Assembly (NCBI GenBank): GCA_964016885.1
Contig: OZ024742.1
Location: 130,882,001 to 130,946,000, forward strand
DNA: 64,000 nt
Direction of reading: 5' to 3'
Source of the DNA: Eledone cirrhosa
Lineage: Eukaryota
Shown: positions 14,626 to 28,774 of the stretch, in pieces
How the letters are laid out: each line of letters opens with the position of its first letter
Numbering within the stretch: the first letter of the stretch is position 1
Made by a program: the position numbers and the translations under genes
Notes under the pieces: model-generated
Seen by the model: the letters and a program-made list of their open reading frames with translations, nothing else
The model's database searches: none
Told to the model about the DNA's origin: nothing

Positions 14626-17600
14626 CACTCAGAATAGGGAGCATAAATGCGCGTGGCTTGGAGTCGTCATGGAAGCAGGGCCATCTGCTCAACGACCTCA
14701 GGTCACTAAACATAGATGTAGTTGCCATCAGCGAGACCAGAATCTCCGAAGCACGGGCCTTCGTACCGATCTTCGGCGGCTACGATGTGTACGCATCTCC
14801 CAGCCGTCCGGGATCTGGGGAAGGAGTTGCTGTGCTTTTTCGGAGAGGTTTGGATCTCGCCATACGGGCTATCTTCCTGGACCCAGAAGGTAAGTTGGTG
14901 GTGCTAGATGTGACCAGAGGAGACGGGCAAGCTTTCAGGCTAGTCGCCGTCTATGCCCCGACAGGAGCAGGGCGGCCTGATTTCTTCCGGCGTCTGGAGA
15001 CCTTTCCTGGAACGTCCCGCTCTTTAGTGTTAGTGGGCGACTGGAACGGGATCTTAGATGCACGCTGGGACTGTGTGGGATTAGCGGATAGGGGAGGAGG
15101 GTGCAAGAGCCTCACCAACCTACTCAGGCGTTTTGAACTGTCTGACAGGTACCGATTGGATTTCCCGAATGTGCCAATGTGGATTTGGACAAATCGCATA
15201 GGGTCATCCAGATCATATCTAGATAGAGTATTTTGTAGGGAAATAGATAGGTCTAGCATAGGCTGTCCACAATTCAAGATATTCAGCTACACGGACCACA
15301 AATTCGTGATCTGTGTGCTTGACTTAGATAGGCTTCATAGACGAGGACCCGGCTACTGGAAGCTAAACGCGTCCTTACTAGCGTGCAAGGCCTACAGAGA
15401 CCGGATTAGCGAACTAGTTAAGCGAGCGTTGACGGGGGCCATCGTCAACAACAAGTGATGGTTTGCTCTGAAAAGAGCAATTAGAATAGAGTCCATTAGG
15501 TTTAGTAAGACTTTTGCAATAGAGAAAAATAGATCAGAGGGAGAATTGGTTAGAAAATTAGACGAGGCGCTTAGCAAAGGCATCGCGACCGACGTACTTG
15601 CGGCGAAATTGGCCCTTGACCAATTCTTCAATGCAAAGCACGAAGGTTGCGTTGTCAGAGCTAGGGCACGTGCTCTCAGACACGAGGGGACGAAAGCCGT
15701 TCAATGGGCCCGAGTGGCGGAGGCTCGTCGTGGCAACAAAGCCATGATCCGGTCTTTGGTGGCCCGCGACGGGCGCATGCTACTCGATCCCGGGCAAATG
15801 TGTGAAGCTTTTCAGCGGCACTTCGCACAGCTGTTCGGGGGAAGTGGTGGGCCGGGTCGAGGGATGGACTATAGTGTCTACCTCGACGGACTGCCGCGGC
15901 CACTGAGACGGAGTGGTGCGAAAAGCCGATAACAGCCGCTGATGTACGAGAGGCAATGACTGGCTGCACAATGGGGTAAATCGCCTGGTTTGGATGGTCT
16001 GCCCTATGACCTTTACGTACAGATGCCAGACTTGTTCGGAGGCCTCTTGGCGGACGTCTACTGCAACTGGCAACAGAACGGGAGAATTCCCAGCTCTGTT
16101 AGCCGAGGAGCTGTGGCGCTGCTGAGAAAGGATCCCAACATGGGGGATAACAGATAATTTCAGGCCCATAACTCTGCTAAACACAGAGTTCAAGATTTTG
16201 GCCAAGGTGCTAGCAAAGAGGTTGGCGCTTGTCGTTGGTGGTCTGGTGGGGAGGCGCAGACATGGGCCATTCCTGACAGATCCATCCACGACAACCTCCA
16301 TCTCATGCGATACATCGTGGAGAGGGTAGCTAGGTAATCTGGCACGGCTGAGTCCTTGATCAATTTAGATCAGTCGAAAGCTTTCGATAGGGTCGACCAT
16401 CGTTACCTAGCGGCAGTCCCGAGGGCGGCTGGCTTTGGGCCCGTCTTCAAAAGCTGGATCGCTGCCATGCAGAGCGACATCTGCTCTGTGGTGAGAGTGA
16501 ACGGTCACCTTTCGGAACCGTTCAACATCATGCGCTCGGTCCGCTTGACGAGCAGGGTGGCTTCTCTCACCCAGCAATGGGCGGAGAGGAAGCTATCCCC
16601 GAAAGGTCGAGCGGAGGTGGCTAATGCGTACATCGCGTCCGTCATCTAATACCGCCTGACCGTCGTACCTTGTCCTAAGCCCCGCCTGACTGCGCTGGAG
16701 CGTTTGCTCTTTCGCTTTTTGTGGAAGGGACGCTCCGATGGTCAGGCGGTCCATCTGCTGTCAACACCCGCTACGTGGAGGGTTGGGAATGCCGTCGCTG
16801 ATGATGCGCAGACCCGCGCTCAGGCTACGACATCTCCACCTCTTCCTCGACGGTGATCAGGTGTGGTCGCCTTTTGCTAGACGCGTCTTTCCCCAGCTCG
16901 TCTCCTTGACGGAGCTGTAGTCCTGGATCAAGCGAAGACCGAGAGGGAGCGCTTGGAGACTGGAATGTCTTCAGGCGCTCACAGCCCTCGACCAATCGGG
17001 CAATGTGATCGGTGGAAACTCCACCTTGGCGTTCTATAGAGGATTAGTCGAGGGGAAGAGCGACGACGTACTTGGAGAAACTCTAGGCGTCGACGAAAAT
17101 CAACTAGCCAATCTCTTCGGAAAAACTTTCGGGCCGGGGCCTACGGACAACTTCCAGAAATCCCTGGCCTGGAAGTGCTACCGAGGAGCTTTGCCAGTTC
17201 GGGATAACCTCTACAGGCATGGAGGTGCAGTCAGCCGGGCATGTCCGAGATGCGCGCAGGGCGACGAAACCGTCCTGCATGCACTCGTCCAGTGTCCGAC
17301 CATTGCTGACTTGTGGGTTTATGTCGAACACCTGCTGTCACGTGTAGGACGGATCCAGCTGTCAGCTGAGTCCATCGTGAGGATTGCCCCGCCCTCTTCC
17401 TTTAGCCGGGAAGGGCAGGCAGTTTTTATCTGTCTGGTGGCCATGGCGAAAGAGATAGTATGGTGGACACGTTTGAAAGGGCTGAAGACGAGCACTTACC
17501 CCTTCGGTGATGCCCTGATTAAATTTTTCAAATTTCATTTGAAAAGGATAATCAGGGTAGAGAGGGAAGTGCTCTCTTCCCAGCATTTTGTTGAAAGATG

Positions 17601-17658
17601 CGTGAGAGAAGCAAGTATGGCCCGAGTGAATGGGCCTACTCTGAGTATGTGTCTGTAA
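14626..17658 (+). pseudogene. Tx1-like ORF2 (APE endonuclease, RT, zinc knuckle), disrupted
   Basis: GSINARGL, ISETR, VYAP, GDWN, YLDRV, TDH, GPGYWKLN, DQSKAFDRVDH, CPRC..ETVLHAL..C. RT core around YADD deleted at ~16544. Confidence 0.9.
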
Positions 17659-17909
17659 ATTAAAGGTGGAAAACTGGAAGAGGGCACTTGCCCTGGTGGT
17701 CAGGGTTACTGTGGCCTTTTAATGGGCTTTCTCCACAAATGTCCCTCCGAAGTCTCCCTCCTATTGGGGAATTTTTCATTGTTATTTTTTTTTGTTACAT
17801 CCTCTGTTTTTTTCACACGCAGAAATGCCCATTTGTACCGTCCTGTATTATCCTGTACTGTCCTTAATGTCTACTTTATGTAAACCCCCCTTGTGGTTAA
17901 TAAAGAAAG

Positions 17910-17958
<49 letters not shown>

Positions 17959-18263
17959 GGTATTCGTGTCATTGTTAGTGACGTTGCATGCTATAATTGC
18001 GGTTATAAGATGCGAAAGTTCAACATGTCAATTGCCTAGTGAATAAGAATAGAAATGAGAAAACAAAACCTCACCCCTTTCCAACTCCACCTTCAGCAAA
18101 AAGACAAAAAATCGCCGATGATTATTGCAAAAGTTAACACAACCATGCACCGTGTATCATGCACGCCACTCTATAGTGCACATCACATATAGCACATAGT
18201 CGTCAAGACTCTCATGAAATGTGCTGTCAATTTTCTTCCTTAATGTCATTTCTATTGAGTGAG

Positions 18264-18265
<2 letters not shown>

Positions 18266-18336
<71 letters not shown>

Positions 18337-18377
18337 GTATGTATATATATGTATGTATGTATATATATATGTATATA

Positions 18378-18422
<45 letters not shown>

Positions 18423-18447
18423 GTATATATATATGTATATATATATG

Positions 18448-18542
<95 letters not shown>

Positions 18543-18626
18543 GCATGTATATGTATATGTATGTATTATGTATTTGTATGTATTTCAACCCTCGTAATTT
18601 TAGACACACGATGTACTGCGTTTATT

Positions 18627-18717
<91 letters not shown>

Positions 18718-18737
18718 TGTATATGTATATATATATG

Positions 18738-18775
<38 letters not shown>

Positions 18776-19832
18776 TATGTATATGTATATGTATATGTAT
18801 ATATATATACATATATATATATGTATATAAAATTACATATATACATGTGTATGTGTATATACATATTTGTATATGACTACTTATACAAGCCTTAATGCAT
18901 TCATCTATCAATTTATATAACAGCAGTGATCACACACACTCACACATTCACACACACATACTCACACACACCCACTCACACTCACACATTTACACACACA
19001 CACTCACACACACTCACACACACATTCACTCACACACACTCACACACATTCACACACACACTCACTCACACTCGCACATTCACACACACACACTCACACA
19101 CACACACACTCACAACACACTCACACACACTCATACACACACACACATATATATATATTCTCACATAGATACATATACACCCATACACATAAATACATAT
19201 ATATATATATGCATACCTTCATACATAGTCCCACAAATACATACACACATCTATATGCATAATGCATAAACGTAGACATATATACACACACATGCATGCT
19301 AACACATACATACACATGAATACATTCACTTATACATACATACAATCACACACATCCACACATGCATAGATACACACATACATACACGCCCTTACACATA
19401 CATATATACATACATACATTATCATACATACATGCATACATACATATATAATCATACACAGATATATACATAAATACATACATAATCATACATACATACA
19501 TACATTATTATACATACATGCATACACACATATATATATAATCATACATACATACATACATACATACATACATACATACATACATACATACATACATACA
19601 TACAAACATAAATACATACACACATACATACATACATAAATACGCACACACACACATACATACATAAATACATAAATACATACATAAATACATACATACA
19701 CACATAAATACATACATACATACATAAATACATATATATATCCATCCATCCATACATCCATACATTCATACATCCATGCATACATACATACATACATACA
19801 TACATACATACATACATACATACATACATACA
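18266..19832. repeat. Compound (TA)n/(CA)n/(TACA)n microsatellite block
   Basis: Directly visible. Confidence 0.97.
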
Positions 19833-20035
19833 GGCGTGTTTAGACAGAATATTTCTCTCAGTGGTATGTTCGTGCGTTCGTTTTGGGACTCTCCAACACG
19901 CAAACTAATCACACCATGACACTTCACTGAATCGTATCAAAATTAAAGTAACACAACCTTTGTTTTCTAACAGCATTCTTACCTAAAACTAAAAGCAACG
20001 AAAGTCAACAACAAAAACAACAATGCCAAGGGTTA

Positions 20036-20085
<50 letters not shown>

Positions 20086-20087
<2 letters not shown>

Positions 20088-23000
20088 TTTTCTTTATTAA
20101 CCACAAGGGTTTACATAAAGTAGACATTAAGGACAGTGCAGGACAATACAGGACGGTACAAATGGGCATTTCTGCGTGTAAAGAACAAAAACAGAGGATG
20201 TAACAAAAAAATAACAATGAAAAATTCCCCAATAGGAGGGAGACTTCGGAGGGACATTTGTGGAGAAAGCCCAGTAAAAGGCCACAGTGACCCTGACCAC
20301 CAAGGCAAGTGCCCTCTCCCAGTTTTCCACCTTTAATTTACAGATACGTACTCAGAGTAGGCCCATTCACTCGGGCCATTCTTGCTTCTCTCACCCATCT
20401 TTCAACAAAATGCTGGCAAGAGAGCACTTCCCTCTCTACCCTGATTTTCCTTTTCAAATGAAATTTGAAAAAGGTAATCAGGGCATCACCGAAGAGGTAA
20501 GTGCTCGTCTTCAGCCCTTTCAAACGTGTCCACCATACTATCTCTTTCGCCATGGCCACCAGACAGATAAAAACTGCCTGCCCTTCCCGGCTAAAGGAAG
20601 AGGGCGGGGCAATCCTCACGATGGACTCAGATGATAGCCGGATCCGTCCTACACGCGACAGCAGGTGTTCGACATAAACCCACAAGTCAGCAATTTTCGG
20701 ACACTGGACGAGTGCGTGCAGGACGGTTTCATCGCCCTGCGCGCATTTCGGACATGCCCGGCTAACGGCACCTCCATGCCTGTAGAGTTTATCCCGAACT
20801 GGCAAGGCTCCTCGGTAGCACTGCCAAGCCAGAGATTTCTGGAAGTTGTCCATAGGTCCCGGTCCGAAAGTTCTTCCGAAGAGATTGGCTAGTTGATTTT
20901 CGTCGACGCCTAGAGTTTTCCCCAAGTACGTCGTCGCTCTTCCCCTCCACTAATCCTTTATAGAACGCCAAGGTGGAGTTTCCACCGATCACATTGCCCG
21001 ATTGGTCGAGGGCTGTGAGCGCAGCTCGGGAAATACGTGTCTAGCAAACGGCGACCACACCTGATCACCGTCGAGGAAGAGGTGGAGATGTCGTAGCCTG
21101 AGCGCTTGTCTGCGCATCATCAGCCACGTCATTCCCAGCCCTCCACGTAGCGGGTGTTGACAGCAGATGGACCGCCTGAGACTTCGGAGCGCGTCCGTTC
21201 CACAAAAAGCGAAAGAGCAAACGCTCCAGCGCAGTCAGGCGGGGCTTAGGACAAGGTACGACGGTCAGGCGGTAGCAGATGACAGACGCGATGTACGCGT
21301 TAGCCACCTCCGCTCGACCTTTCAGGGATAGCTTCCCCTCCGCCCATTTCTGGGTGAGAGAAGCCACCCTGCTCGTCACCTCGTCCCAGTTTTTGTCCGT
21401 CTGGAGGTCCGGACCGAACCAGACCCCTAGCAATTTAACCGGTCCGTCCGTCCAGCGTCCGACGACGCTGTTGGACGGCATGGACCTGCCTCTCCAGGTG
21501 CCGAGCTGCAGGCCCACTGACTTTTCCTGGTTGATCATTGCTCCTGTCACCGCTTCGTATTCCCTTAGTGTAGTTCCGATCGCCTCGATGTGTTTGGCGT
21601 TCGACACCACTACGGTGACATCGTCCGCATATGCTGACACGGATCTTCCGCATCCTAGTTCGCGCGGGACGCCCCTCAACGTCTCCAGTTTGTGCAGTAA
21701 TAGCTCGAGAGTCAATACGTACAAGAGGGACGAGAGGGGACATCCTTGGCGGACCGAGCGCATTATGTTGAACGGTTCCGACAGGTGACCGTTCACTCTT
21801 ACCACAGAGCAGATGTCGCTGTGCATGGCAGCGATCCAGCCTCTGAAGACGGGCCCAAAGACAGCCGCCCTCAGGACTGGCGCTAGGTAACGATGGTCGA
21901 CCCTATCGAAAGCTTTCGACTGATCAAAATTGATCAAGGACCCACCCGTGCCAAGTTCCCTAGCTACCCTCTCTACGATGTATCGCATGAGGTGGAGGTT
22001 GTCGTGGATGGATCGGTCGGGAATGGCGCATGTCTGCGCCTCTCCTACCAGACCACCAATGACAAGCGCCAACCTCTTTGCTAGCACCTTGGCCAAAATC
22101 TTGAACTCTGTGTTTAGCAGAGTTATGGGGCTGAAATTATCAAGTTATCCCCCTTGTTCCGATCCTTTCTCAGCAGCGCCACAGCTCCTCGGCCCACAGA
22201 GCTGGGAATTCTCCCGTTCTGTTGACAGTTGCAGTAGACGTCCGCCAAGAGGCATCCGAACATGTCTGGCATCTGCACGTAAAGTTCATAGGGCAGACCA
22301 TCCAAACCAGGCGATTTACCCCTTCTGCAGCCAGTCATTGCCTCCCGTACTTCAGCGGTTGTTATCGGCTTTTCGCAACACTCCGCCTCAGTGGCCGAGA
22401 GCCGCGGCAGTCCGTCGAGGTAGACACTAAAGTCCATCCCTCGATCCGGCCCGCCGCTGCTCCCGAACAGCTGTGCGATGTGTCGCTGAAAAGCTTCACA
22501 CATTTGCCCGGGATCGAGTAGCATGCGCCCGTCGTGGTCCACCAAAGACGGGATCGTGGCTTTTTTGCCACGACGCGCCTCCGCCACTCAGGCCCATTGA
22601 ACGGCTTTCGTCCCCTCGTGTCTGAGAGCATGCACCATAGCTCTGACAACGCAGCCTTCGTGCTTTGCATTGAAGAATTGGGTCAAGGGCCAATTTTGCC
22701 GCAAGTACGTCGGTCACGATGCCTTTGCTAAGTGCCTCGTCTAATTTTCTAACTAATTCTCCCTCTGCTTTATTTTTCTCTATTGCTAAAGCCTTACTAA
22801 ACCTAATGGACACTATTCTAATTGCTCTTTTCAGAACAAACCACCACTTGTTGTTGATGATGGCCCCGTCAACGTTCGCTTAACTAGTTCGCTAATCAGG
22901 TCTCTGTAGGCCTTGTACGCTGGTAAGGAGGCGTTTAGCTTCCAGTAGCCGGGTCCTCGTCTATGAAGCCTATCTAAGTCAAGCACACAGATCACGAATT

Positions 23001-24934
23001 TGTGGTCCGTGTAGCTGACTATCTTGAATTGTGGACAGCCTATGCTAGACCTATCTATTTCCCTACAAAATACTCTATCTAGATATGATCTGGATGACCC
23101 TATGCGATTTGTCCAAGTCCACATTGGCACATTCGGGAAATCCAATCGGTACCTGTCAGACAGTTCAAAACGCCTGAGCAGGTTGGTGAGACTCTTGCAC
23201 CCTCCTAAAGAGCGGGACGTTCCAAGAAAGGTCTCCAGACGTCGGAAGAAATCAGGCCGCCTTGCTCCTGTCGGGACATAGACGGCCACTAACCTGAAAG
23301 CTTGCCCGTCTCCGCTGGTCACGTACAGCACCACCAACTTACTTTCTGGGTCCAGGAAGATGGCCCGTATGGCAAGATCCAAACCTCTCCAAAAAAGCAC
23401 AGCAACTCCGCCACCCGATCCCAGACGGCTGGGAGATGCGTACACATCGTAGCCGCCGAAGATCGGTGCGAAAGCCCATGCTTCGGAGATTCTGGTCTCG
23501 CTGATGGCCACTACATCTACGTAGAAGAAGGACGGTTTCTCCATTCTTTTCACTGCTTGTGGCCTCCTCAGGAAGGATGTCCTTATAAATCCTCATGGAG
23601 AGTGTTTGTCGGAAGTCTCCGATGTCTTTGGGGAATTTTTGTTTTAGTGTCATGTACGTTTTCTGTGTGATGCGAGTGATTTGTATGTGTGGAGGTGGTG
23701 TGAACTTTTGGGTTGTTGTGTATCTTTTTTTGTGATGCTGGTGTTGTGTTGGATGTAGTGTAATAATTGGTTGTTGTTCAAATTTAATGCTATGTAGTGT
23801 GTATCGTTTTGGTTGTTTTGTTTTGTTTGCGTTTGTTGTGGGTTTGTTTCTGTTTCGCATTTTGGTGACTTTTGTGGTGTAGGTGATATGGTGTTGGGGT
23901 TAATGATGGCGATGGTGTTGGTGTTTGGGGTGATGGGGTTGGTGATGCTGGTGTGGATGGTGGCATGTCTGTCCTAACTTTTTTGTTTGATAGTTTATTT
24001 GTTTCCCTCTGTATTTTGTTTTTGGAGGGGGCAGGAAGAGAATTTTTTCTTTTTTGGTTTCTTTTTTTCTTTTTTCCTGATACCGTTTCCCACTCCTCGG
24101 CGTCACAATCTGTCTCCAGTTGTGATAGGCCGGGGAGTAGAAAATCCTCCACAGGCGTTAGTTTTGGTTGTGGCGTGGTGGATGGTGTAGGCGCTGGTGC
24201 TAGTTCTGGCGCGTTGGGTGGTGGTGGTGTTGGTTTTGCTACTGTTGCTGGGGTTGTTGCTGTTACAGTTGCTTCTGTTGTTGCTGCTACAGTTGTTGCT
24301 GTCATCTCTGCTGCTAGTGGTGTTGATGGTTGAGTCACTGGGGTGGGTAGGAGAGGTGGCCTCATCCTTTTAGCCTGAGGGCAGAAAGCCCTTAGGTGGG
24401 TTCCTTCATCACAAATGACACACCTAGGCCTTCTGCTCTCGACAATTACGGTGAGGTGGCTGCCGTCAGTGAGGTCTATTACCTCTGGGATCTCCTCAAT
24501 GCTTTTTTGGTCCGCTTGGATCAGGAGCTCCATCCCTGATCCGGACCAGTTCTGCTGCTTTTCTTTCGCTATTTCGATTATCTTGGTGTTGGCTTCGATG
24601 CCGGCGAGGATGGCAGCTATTAGCCAGGGAATTTCGATGGCCGGTGGAACGTGGGTGACCCTGATCTTTACGAGTCTCTGGCCACAATAGCTTGGGACGA
24701 GTGTGAAGTCGTCACTTCTTAATGGGGTAATGGAGTGTTCTCTAGCCTCCTGTGATGTTTCAAAGAACACGTCCACGGTTCCATACTTCTGCCCACGTCT
24801 GATGTGGGTTTTTTTTGCCCATACATGTCCCAAAGCTTTTTGGATATGGGACTCGGATGCCCGTTCCACTCGGCGCGATTTTATGTTAATTGTTCGATAA
24901 GACACGGTGCATAGGCGCCGATGCTCCATTTTAT

Positions 24935-24982
<48 letters not shown>

Positions 24983-25745
24983 TGTGGGGGTGTGGGGGTG
25001 TGGGTGTGTGTGTGTGGGGGGGGGAGGGGGAGGCTGACCCTGTACCCATCTTTCTTTACCATTTTTTGACTTCTTCTAATTCATCCTGAGTTACCTAAAA
25101 TGCTTCGCACTGTTTTGCTACTCTGGCAAAACTCAGGGTGGTTTTCTTAATTTCATTGTTGCTGTTGATGTTATCGTTATTTATGTTATTATTAATTTTA
25201 GTTTCAATTGTGGTGGTGGTGCTGTCAGTGGTGTTCGGTGTGGAAGAGTTCATTTTCGTTGAATTCATTTCGATATCACGAGTTAATTTATTTTTGTTGT
25301 CGCGGTGGTGGTGGGGGCGGTTGTTGTCGCTGTGGTGGTGGTGGTGGTGGTGGCGGCTTTAACACCTGCAGTCATTGGTAATGGCGGGAAATGAATGTCT
25401 GCCTGAGACAAATTTAAAATATTGCTACTGCTTATATTTTTTTTAGTGTTGGCAAACGTAGTAACATTTACAATGGTGGTGTCGGTGTGAGGTGTTAGTT
25501 TGTGAGAAAGGAGTGCCTCTGAGTCAGCCATAATTTTTCAAAGAAAACATTTTTTTTTTTGATAATTATATAAGTTCAAATTTTGGGCTCAAGGCTCCAA
25601 TCTTTTTGGGTGTCCTTTTCAGATAAAAATGTAAGTGCACTTATATACAGTTAATAAAAATCTTCCATGAATGGCAATTTAAAACAACTGAAAATAACAA
25701 ACCTTTGCGGAGCTCACGATGATACGATTTACTACGTAGGTCGCC
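20086..25745 (-). mobile_element. Full-span Tx1-like LINE, copy 2, inserted in (TAA)n
   Basis: Reverse complement of the copy 1 family. Same 5' end (ctacgtaggtcgcc at ~25732-25745) next to (AAT)n; 3' end next to (TAA)n 20036-20085. ORF 21065-22096 has QGCPLS and YADD; ORF1 knuckle CVICDEGTHLRAFC. Confidence 0.92.
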
Positions 25746-25789
25746 AATAATAATAATAATAATAATAATAATGAATTCTTTATGATTTC

Positions 25790-25920
25790 TTTATGATTTC
25801 TTTATTGGCCACAAGGGCTGACATCAAGAAAAACATTACAGACGGCACAAGACGGTACAGAACGGTACGATGTGGGTTTTGTGCCTGTAAATATTTTTAT
25901 TATTTATATAAGAAAAGAAA
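25790..25920 (-). mobile_element. Short 3'-terminal fragment of a related Tx1-like element
   Basis: tttctttattggccacaaggg...gacggtaca resembles the 3' end of copy 2 (tttctttattaaccacaaggg...gacggtaca); flanked by (AAT)n. Confidence 0.6.
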
Positions 25921-25939
25921 AAAATAATAATAATAATAA

Positions 25940-27961
25940 CATTGGAAAGCTTGAGTTCCTACTGAATGGGACACTAAAAAACATAGACACTAAAAATAGA
26001 CTGGAAATAAAGTACAAAACTAGGAGGAAAATGCTAAATATTATCATAGAGGAACTGAAGCAACGCATTGTAGCAAAGAGTGCAAACATTAGGCGATACG
26101 AGAGCAGAGTCAGTCAGTATAGACAGAACCGCATGTTTGACAGCAACCAGAAGATTTTGTTTGGACAGCTTGAAGGGAAAGAAAGAGGCAACGACTTGAT
26201 CCCTGAGGCGGAACAAACTAAGACATTCTGGAGAGGAATATGGGAGCAGGATGTTAAACATAATGACCAGGCAGTGTGGATTGAGACAGTACGAAAGAAG
26301 ATTAGTGAACAGGCACACCAACAAACTGATTTGAGTATCACAGTTGAAACTCTCAAGGGGCAGGCCAAAAAACTAACCAACTGGAAATCACCAAGCCCAG
26401 ATGGTGTGCAGGGGTATTGGATTAAAAATATAACATCCCTCCACCCGAAACTGACAACCATGTTCAATGACTACTTGATGTCAGGTGAGGTACCAGAGTG
26501 GTTGACAAAAGGTACCACAGTTCTGGTAATGAAAGACCGAATCAAGGGTAATGATGTTACCAACTATAGACCTATCACATGTCTGTCCGTAATGTGGAAA
26601 CTGTTGACAAGCATTGTGTCTGAGGAAATCTACCATCACCTCCACACAAACAACTTGTTACCGGACGAACAGAAAGGATGCTGAAAGAAGTCCCGTGGTA
26701 CAAAGGACCAGTTACTTATTGATAAGATGGTAATGAGGAATTGCAAGAGGAGACACACTGGTCTTGCCATGGGATGGATAGACTACAAAAAGGCATTTGA
26801 CATGGTGCCTCATTCTTGGATCACCAAAAGCCTAGAGATCTTCAAGGTGGCAGATAACATCAGAAAGTTGTTGAGCAAAAGTATGAAGTCCTGGAAAACA
26901 GAGTTAACATCAGCTGGAGAATCCTTGGGAGGCGTGAAGATCAAGAGAGGTATCTTCCAGGGAGATAGTCTGTCCCCTCTGTTGTTTGTCCTTGCCTTGA
27001 TGCCCCTGACCATTATACTGCGAAAAGTGAGAGCAGGATACAAGTTGGGAAAGGGAGAGCTTACCATCAATCACCTCCTCTTCATGGACGATCTTAAGCT
27101 CTTCGGGAAGAGTGAGAAGGAGTTGGATGTGCTTGTTGACACTGTCCGTATTTTCAGCAATGATATATGTATACAATTTGGTATTAGTAAGTGTGGAGTC
27201 CTTGTGATGAAGAGGGGTAAATTGAGCAGAAGCAACAGAATCCAGGTACCAACAGGTGAGATGATAAAGGAAATTGACACTGAAGAAGGATACAAGTATT
27301 TGGGTGTTCTGGAGGCTGATGACATCAAGAACAAAAAAAAAATGAAGGAATTGATAAGATTTGAATACATTCGGAGAATAAGGAGCGTATTAAAGTCACA
27401 TCTGAACAGTAGGAATGCCATAAGTGCAGTAAATTACCGAGCTGTGTCTATTATTAGGTATAGTGGGGGAATTCTGAGATGGAATGTTGCTGACCAAAAA
27501 GAAATGGATAGGAAGACTAGGAAGCTATTGACTATCTACAACATGTTCCACAAGAGGAGTGATGTCGATAGACTCTACTTAAGGAGATCTGAAGGTGGAA
27601 GAGGTCTTATCAGCATAGAGGACTGTGTTCAGATGGAGAAAAACAACCTACACAAATACGAGACTGATAGTAAGGAGCCAATGCTCAGAATTGTACTGAA
27701 GGAGAGGACAATAGACCAGGGGATGTCCAAGGAGGAAATAACAACAAGGAGAAAGAGCAGCCTTCAGGAAAAATCCCTTCATAGTACCTTCTTTGAGAAA
27801 ACTGAATTCAAAGATCCACAGACATGAAACTGGTTGAAAAGAGGAGACCTTAAATAGGCTACAGAAGGAATGCTAATGGCTGCGCAAGAGCAGGCCCTCA
27901 AAACGAAGTGGTTGAAACACCATATTTACAAGGAGGAGGCTATCCCACTGTGCAGGATCTG

Positions 27962-27998
<37 letters not shown>

Positions 27999-28589
27999 CT
28001 GTGGCTCACATTGTATCCGAGTGTAAATACCTAGCCCAGACTCACTATAAAGGCTGGAGACATGATGTGATGGGCAGGGTGATCCACTGGCATCTATGCA
28101 AAGTAAACAATTTACCACATTCTGAGAAGTGGTATGAGCATAATCCAGAGTCGGTGATAGAAATCGATCAGGTGAAGGTGCTGTGGAATTTTAGGATACA
28201 GACGGACAAGAAACTGGAACACAATAGACCTGACCTGGTGGTTTTGGACAAGGAAAAAAGATCGTGCCTGATTGTGGATGTGGTCTGCCCATTCGACACG
28301 AGAGTGCAAGAGAAGGAGAGGGAGAAAATCAACCGATTTGGAACTGCCATGAAGTCAAAGTTGTCCTGATTGTTATAGGCGCACTAGGTACTATCTCAAA
28401 AAGTTTCCAGGGATGTTTAAAGAAAATTGGCCCCGTCCCGCTTTTTGGAACGCTTCAAAAGGCATGCTTGCTGGGAACAGCAAGAACCCTCCGATACGTC
28501 CTGAATATCTGAGGCTGCAGGTAGTGGCTTGATATTCATTTCAACAAACTTTCCAGTTAACTAACATCAATGACTGAGACTCAAAGAAC

Positions 28590-28622
<33 letters not shown>
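25940..28622 (+). mobile_element. 5'-truncated R4/Dong-like family B copy
   Basis: ORFs 25872-26684, 26727-27827 ([14 protein letters not shown]), 27908-28369 and 28264-28512 match 7362-10186. (AAT)n on both sides; (GA)n expansion at 27964-27995. Confidence 0.93.
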
Positions 28623-28623
<1 letters not shown>

Positions 28624-28774
28624 CTTTCTTTATTAAAGAATTATTATTATTATTATTATCGTTGTTCTTTGAGTCTCAGTCATTGATGTTAGTTAACTGG
28701 AATTATTATTATTATCTCGGCCCTTGTGGCTAATAAATGAAACACTAGTATCAATAATAGCAATAATGTAATAA

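Larger units (their letters stand above)
12487..17910 (+). mobile_element. Full-span Tx1-like (L1 group) LINE, copy 1, inserted in (TTA)n
   Basis: Starts ggcgacctacgtag right after (TTA)n 12450-12486 and ends aataaagaaagc before (TTA)n 17911-17958. ORF1 with CX2CX4HX4C; ORF2 with APE, RT and a C-terminal CCHC. Confidence 0.9.
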
